Positions 17,082 to 21,983 of a DNA stretch of 21,983 bases are shown here, piece after piece. A program made the translations under genes and the position numbers. The notes beneath the pieces were generated by a model. That model was given only the letters and a program-made list of their open reading frames with translations. It searched no databases and had not been told where the DNA came from. Origin of the DNA: Calditrichia bacterium. GTDB lineage: Bacteria; Calditrichota; Calditrichia; RBG-13-44-9. Every line of letters starts with the position of its first letter. The stretch's first letter is position 1. The DNA lies in NCBI GenBank assembly GCA_037381445.1, contig JARRQT010000016.1, positions 1 to 21,983 of the forward strand, written 5' to 3'.

Positions 17082-17369
17082 TTATTATTTTCCGTTTCCG
17101 AAAAAAATAATCTCGGAGCATTATTCCGGCACAGTAATCCGGCAGGGATATTCTGTAATATTTTTTTACACTCACTGACTTTGAATACTTGTGCCGGCAC
17201 ATTTTGTAATAATATGTCGGGAAGTCGGAGGGGTTGTATTAATTTAAGTTGAAATATTGTGAGATAGGAGGGTTCTGCGCCAGGTTCTATGGAGAGATTC
17301 TTTTCTGCAAATAGAAGTTCTTTTTTATGTCGCCTGTTTTCAAACAGGCTGATGGAATTGGCAGAGGGA

Positions 17370-17385
17370 TGTGACGAATGTCACT
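17370..17385. promoter_or_regulatory. Second CRP/FNR-family-like site
   Basis: TGTGA-CGAATG-TCACT, one mismatch to consensus; GTGAC/GTCAC form a perfect dyad. Confidence 0.35.
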
Positions 17386-17471
17386 TTTGGGATTTGCCGG
17401 GTTTCTTTTCATAAACCGGATAAGCCGGATTTTTTTATATATATAATTTCAGTTGATGCCGAAATGTATTC

Positions 17472-18557
17472 TCAGTTCTTCACAGGCCAGGAAATAGCGA
17501 TCGTCGTTCCTTTGTCTTTGCTGCTTTCCATCCGGAATTTGCCCCCTGAGGACTCAGTTCTTTCCTTCATGCTGACCAGCCCGATTTTCTCATTAAGATT
17601 TTTGCCGGAGAAAGCGCTGTTCACGTCGAAACCGTTTCCGTAATCCCGGATCATCAATTCAAGCAGCCCTTCTTTATTATTCAGATCGATCCTGACACTG
17701 TCTGATCCACTGTGTTTGGCGACATTGTTGAGGGCCTCCTGAATGATGCGGTAGATGACAATCTTAAGATTATTCGGAATTTCCTCTTCAGCGACATTAA
17801 AACTGTTTTCAATCCGGATATTGGGGTAAATTTTATTATATTCCGAACAGAACCACTCGACGGTGGCCAATACTCCCAGGTGATCAATCATCAGGGGGCG
17901 CAGCTCGCCCTGAATTTTGCGGATATCCGAAATGGTGCCGTTTACCAGATTCACAACGGATTGTAATGCACTTTTAATTTCCGGAATGGCTTCGTTTTTG
18001 TTAAGCCTGGATATGGATCTTTCCACACTGAACTTGACGGCGGCGAGCGTTTGCGCAATGCCATCGTGTAATTCCAGTGCCAAATATTTTCTCTCTTTTT
18101 CCTGAATATTCATCAGTTGGGAAGAGAGATATTTAAGCTGGCGTTCCGATTCTCTCAAGGCATTTCCTGTCTTATTTCTTTCCACTGCATAACGGATAGA
18201 CCGCTCAAGAAGATGGACATTGATCTGCCCTTTCACCAGATAATCCACAGCACCTTCCCGCATGGCCGAGACATCCACCTCATAATCTCCCTGTCCGGTC
18301 AGAAAGATAACAGGGTACCCCATGCCCTGCTTTTTCATTTCCTGCAGCAGTTCCAGGCCCGTTTTCAATCCCAACTGATAGTCGAGGAGCAATACATCGT
18401 AGCCTCCCCTCAAAACTAATTCCAGACCGGATTCATAGGTAGGGGCCCATTCCAGGTTGATTTTCGCGTGACGCGCTTCTGAAAGCATGGAACGGACCAG
18501 AATGAAATCATCTTCATCATCCTCGATAAGCAGAACCTTAATCGGATTAGTGCTCAT
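17472..18557 (-). CDS. Receiver-domain-containing histidine kinase (REC + HisKA_3/NarX-UhpB-type + HATPase)
   Basis: REC: LLIEDDEDD, LLLDYQL, FLTG, YLVKG. H-box ELHDGIAQTL; YRIIQEALNNVAKHS; DYGNGF; IGLVSMKER; KGTTI. Start overlaps the upstream stop (TAATG). Confidence 0.93.
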   Translation of the reverse strand: MSTNPIKVLLIEDDEDDFILVRSMLSEARHAKINLEWAPTYESGLELVLRGGYDVLLLDYQLGLKTGLELLQEMKKQGMGYPVIFLTGQGDYEVDVSAMREGAVDYLVKGQINVHLLERSIRYAVERNKTGNALRESERQLKYLSSQLMNIQEKERKYLALELHDGIAQTLAAVKFSVERSISRLNKNEAIPEIKSALQSVVNLVNGTISDIRKIQGELRPLMIDHLGVLATVEWFCSEYNKIYPNIRIENSFNVAEEEIPNNLKIVIYRIIQEALNNVAKHSGSDSVRIDLNNKEGLLELMIRDYGNGFDVNSAFSGKNLNEKIGLVSMKERTESSGGKFRMESSKDKGTTIAISWPVKN

Positions 18558-19021
18558 TAAGATTCCTTCCCTTCGTTTGGAGGTAATTCAACTATTTCAA
18601 ACCAATATCTTCCCAAAGACTTTATGACTTCGACCAGCGACTCAAATGTCACAGGCTTGGTAATATAACTGTTGGCACCCAGATCATAAGACTTTATAAT
18701 ATCCCCCTCTTCTTTGGAGGTGGTCAATACGACCAGAGGAATTCTCCGCAACTCGGGATCTGATTTTATCTCAATCAATGCTTCGCGCCCGTCTTTTCGG
18801 GGCATGTTCAGGTCCAGCAGAATCAGTCCCGGTTTGGGGGCATTGCGCGGATTACTGTATTTATTTCGGTGCTTGAGAAAATCCAATAGCTCCTCGCCGT
18901 CTCCAACAATATAAAGATCGTTCAGGAGGCGGCTGCTTTTCAAGGCTTCTTTTACCAGCAGACAATCGTCCTGGTCATCCTCGGCCATCAGAATCGATAC
19001 GGATTTTGCATTAGGCGTCAT
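18557..19021 (-). CDS. Single-domain response regulator (Rcp1-like receiver)
   Basis: ILMAEDDQDD, LILLDLNMPRKDGRE, IPLVVLTTS, SYDLGANSYITKP, YWF tail. Confidence 0.94.
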   Translation of the reverse strand: MTPNAKSVSILMAEDDQDDCLLVKEALKSSRLLNDLYIVGDGEELLDFLKHRNKYSNPRNAPKPGLILLDLNMPRKDGREALIEIKSDPELRRIPLVVLTTSKEEGDIIKSYDLGANSYITKPVTFESLVEVIKSLGRYWFEIVELPPNEGKES

Positions 19022-21983
19022 CCTTATTATCCTTTCTGTTTTGTTTCAGGGGAAGTGTGAGAATAAATTGCGTTCCTTTTCCGGGAGTACTCTTTGCATC
19101 GATCGTACCGCCGTGTCTCTCGATAATTTTGCGGCAGATGGCCAATCCGATTCCGGTTCCTTCATACTCGTGGCGGGCATGAAGCCGCTGGAACGGGACA
19201 AAAATCCTGTCCAGATATTTTTCTTCAAAACCAATTCCGTTATCTTCCACGTAAAGTCGGCATATATTTTTTGCTGCTGCGCGGGAATTCAAATTATTTG
19301 ATTCCGATTCCGGCATTTTTGCGAAAATTTTTATGAGAGGTGCCTCATCCGGCCTGCGGAACTTGAGCCCGTTACCTACCAGGTTTTGAAATAGCTGTTC
19401 CATCTGAAACGGCTCAGCTTCGATAACCGGCAATTCGCCAATTTCGATGTGCGCGGCGTTTTGCTCGATCACGGTTTCCAGATTAGAGGCAACGTTTCGC
19501 AACACCATATTCAGATCCACCGCTTCAAAAGGCCGTGCCTTCGTATTTACCCGGGAGTAGTCCAGCAGCGCATTGATCAGATTCCGCATGCGGGCTGCCG
19601 CATTCTGCATTCGTTGCAGATAGTCTTTGCCATCTTCGCCCAATTCACCATTATATTTCAGTTTCAGTCGGTCGCCGAAGGCGAGTATTTTTCGCAGCGG
19701 CTCCTGCAGGTCGTGGGAAGCTACGAAAGCAAAATCCTGAAGCTCCCGATTGCTTAATTCCAGCTTCCCGGTATAAATCTTGAGTTTCTCTTCGGCCCGG
19801 GTACGGTCCTTAATTTCGATCTCAAGTTTTTCATTCGCTTTTTCCAACTGCGCTGTTCGCGATTTCACGCGAAGTTCCAGATCATCGTGGGCTTCTCGCA
19901 ATTCATTTTCCATTGCTTTTCGCCTGGTAATATCGCTCAATGTCAGAATACCCAGAATGACGTTACCGTCTTTGTTTTTTACCGGCGTTCCGCCGTAATT
20001 GCAAATCATCTTGCTTCCTGTATCGACGCGATGCAGTTTTGCCTCGAAATTTGTAAAGGTCTCGCCGTTGAGCACCCTGGAAACCGGCCATTCCTCCAGA
20101 GGCATCGGCCGATTGTCCGGATAAAGAAGTTGAAAATTTTCCGGATACTCATTCATATGTTTTCGTGCCTGTTTCACCTGCTCGAATCCATGCATCCGCA
20201 GTGCTGAGGCATTCATATTCAGCACATTTCCCTGCAGATCAAAAATCACCAGCCCCTCAGTCATGCTTTCCAGAATAGCCTCGTCCCGTGCCAGCAGCGA
20301 TTCCATGTTTTTTCGCCCCTGCACAATATCTGTGATCTCGATGGCCATTATAAGCACCCCATCTATGTCACCGCTGACATTGAACAGGGGGACGTTGTCT
20401 ACATTCCAGTATGTGTTTTCCCTGCCGGGACCAACCGAGGCAGAATATTCCCTGATGCTGACTGTTTTGCCTGTTCGATAAACCTTTTCCACTAAACCAA
20501 GGGCGCCTCTGGCTGCCATTTCCGGGAAAACCTCTGCAACGGTGCGGCCAACCATGGGAGTATTCGGAGTGCCCGGAATAGACTGAAAAGCAGGATTAAC
20601 AAATTCATAGCGATGATCCTGTCCCCGTACAACGGCAATGCCAACCGGCGCAACCTTCATCATTCTTTCCATAAAGAGGCGCTGATTCTGGATTTCTGTT
20701 AACAGACGTTCCCGTTCCTGTGCGTCCCTCACATTTTGCGTGACATCCTGCAGGGAGAAAACCAATCCCAACACATGTCCTCCGTCGTCCTTTACCGGGA
20801 TCAGTGTCCAGTCCCAGTAGGTAACGCCCCGTTCTGGCCGGTCCGGAAATTCGAAAGGTTTTGCGCGGAATTCAATCGCTTCGCCGGTGTCCCGGACTTT
20901 TTGAAAAATCTCTTTATTTTCCTTATGGGGGAATAGGTCGAAATGGTTTCTGCCGATCAACTCACTTGCCGGATACCCCGTTCCTTCAGCATAGGCGGTA
21001 TTGACTTTCACAAAATTAAAATCCCGGTCCAGATAGGCGAGCTGGGTACGGGTATTTTCCATGATGGAATTGAGCGTGTCGCGCTCGATTTCCAGCATGC
21101 CGGCCAGATCCTCGGCACGCTGCCGTTCATAGGTGACATTGTGCAGAAGATTCTGCATTTTTATTTCTGTTTGCTTCCGCACGGTTATATCGTGATTGGC
21201 ACCTACCGAAGCGATCAGTTTTCCCTCTTCATCCAGCAGCGGAATGATGGCCTGGTCGATATACAATTTCTTTCCATCTCGCGAAAAATGGATAACCTCC
21301 CCGATAACCGGTTTGCCCTGCTGCAGATACTTGAGATTCCATTTCCTTTTTTCAGGCGTGATATTGGAAGGTATTACCTCGTAAACGGGCCGCCCCATTG
21401 CCTCTTCGGCCTTCCAGCCGTATAGTGTCTCAGCAGCCCTGTTCCAGGCGGTAATACTCAGGTTCTGATCTGTCGCGACGACGGCATCGTGAATATAATC
21501 CAGCAGGGTGGCCTGATAGCGAAGTTTCTCCTCGGCTTCGAAGCGGCCTGTGATATCTTTTGAGAAAACCGCAATCCCGTCTCCGGTGGGATACACACTG
21601 ATATCATAATAAAAGGTGCGGCCATCCTGCGGCCGAATCCACTTGTTAAGATAGGCCTGGGGCTGGCGGGTTCGCAGCGCTTTTAAATATACCTTATGAA
21701 TTTCCGAACCTTCGAGCTCCGGGAATACTTTCGTAAAGGCTTTTCCGATGGCCTGCCGGTTGGGGATACGAGTGACTTTTTCCGAAGCACTATTTCGATA
21801 GGTATATCGAAGGTCGGTATCGAGCGCTGAAAAAAGGTCCGTGATACATTCCGCCAGCTCCTGGTATTTGAATTCGCCGGTCTGTGTTTTCGGGTCATCG
21901 CCGGACAGCGCCTCACGGGATAACAACAATTTCTGGTTTTGGCGCTCCAGCGCTTCCTTTTGAGTTTGTAATTCCCGAATCAA
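19011..21983 (-). CDS. Multi-PAS sensor histidine kinase (at least 5 PAS/PAC, HisKA, HATPase); 5'-truncated by window edge
   Basis: Five PAS units ending DIT/DIT/DVT/EIT/DIT; H-box FAFVASHDLQEPLRKI; QLFQNLVGNGLKF, DNGIGF, GTGIGLAIC. The frame is open to the window end and the visible part has no TM segment. Confidence 0.95.
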   Translation of the reverse strand: MIRELQTQKEALERQNQKLLLSREALSGDDPKTQTGEFKYQELAECITDLFSALDTDLRYTYRNSASEKVTRIPNRQAIGKAFTKVFPELEGSEIHKVYLKALRTRQPQAYLNKWIRPQDGRTFYYDISVYPTGDGIAVFSKDITGRFEAEEKLRYQATLLDYIHDAVVATDQNLSITAWNRAAETLYGWKAEEAMGRPVYEVIPSNITPEKRKWNLKYLQQGKPVIGEVIHFSRDGKKLYIDQAIIPLLDEEGKLIASVGANHDITVRKQTEIKMQNLLHNVTYERQRAEDLAGMLEIERDTLNSIMENTRTQLAYLDRDFNFVKVNTAYAEGTGYPASELIGRNHFDLFPHKENKEIFQKVRDTGEAIEFRAKPFEFPDRPERGVTYWDWTLIPVKDDGGHVLGLVFSLQDVTQNVRDAQERERLLTEIQNQRLFMERMMKVAPVGIAVVRGQDHRYEFVNPAFQSIPGTPNTPMVGRTVAEVFPEMAARGALGLVEKVYRTGKTVSIREYSASVGPGRENTYWNVDNVPLFNVSGDIDGVLIMAIEITDIVQGRKNMESLLARDEAILESMTEGLVIFDLQGNVLNMNASALRMHGFEQVKQARKHMNEYPENFQLLYPDNRPMPLEEWPVSRVLNGETFTNFEAKLHRVDTGSKMICNYGGTPVKNKDGNVILGILTLSDITRRKAMENELREAHDDLELRVKSRTAQLEKANEKLEIEIKDRTRAEEKLKIYTGKLELSNRELQDFAFVASHDLQEPLRKILAFGDRLKLKYNGELGEDGKDYLQRMQNAAARMRNLINALLDYSRVNTKARPFEAVDLNMVLRNVASNLETVIEQNAAHIEIGELPVIEAEPFQMEQLFQNLVGNGLKFRRPDEAPLIKIFAKMPESESNNLNSRAAAKNICRLYVEDNGIGFEEKYLDRIFVPFQRLHARHEYEGTGIGLAICRKIIERHGGTIDAKSTPGKGTQFILTLPLKQNRKDNKDDA

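Noticed and set aside
17414..17437. Intrinsic terminator after the REC-kinase gene (CCGG-ATAAG-CCGG with T run)
   Set aside because: Only a 4-bp perfect stem, and the T run is on the + strand, opposite to the gene's direction.
16951..17643. Short ORFs 16951-17202, 17034-17252 and 17371-17643
   Set aside because: No recognisable motifs or convincing RBS; they overlap regulatory motifs or the kinase gene on the opposite strand.

Overview
Bacterial genomic window with three parts. (1) At the left, on the + strand, are a 5'-truncated small basic protein with a Rho_N-like motif and a NUDIX hydrolase. (2) The core is a ~14.7 kb co-directional minus-strand operon (16884->2248) that starts just after a near-consensus sigma54 -24/-12 promoter (TGGCAC-N5-TTGC, 16914-16928). 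In order it encodes a small 2-TM/HAMP-like protein, a 2113-aa secreted protein of alternating Ig-like repeats ending in a T9SS-type/FlgD_Ig-like C-terminal domain, a PorV/PorQ (UPF0164)-family barrel fused to a FlgD_Ig-like domain, a ~1010-aa exported TPR protein, ExbB, two ExbD paralogues (one has Gly in place of the conserved TM Asp), TonB, and an exported FlgD_Ig-like protein with a possible degenerate OmpA-C tail. A sigma54 activator lacking any sensory domain follows. No TonB-dependent receptor and no PorL/M/K/N or SprA gene is present in the window. (3) At the right is a translationally coupled signalling triad: a multi-PAS histidine kinase (5'-truncated), a single-domain receiver and a REC-HisKA_3 kinase. 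The best candidate for an undescribed system is the operon, which pairs T9SS-like cargo and shuttle components with a Ton-type motor. All family calls are by eye from motifs; no database search was run.
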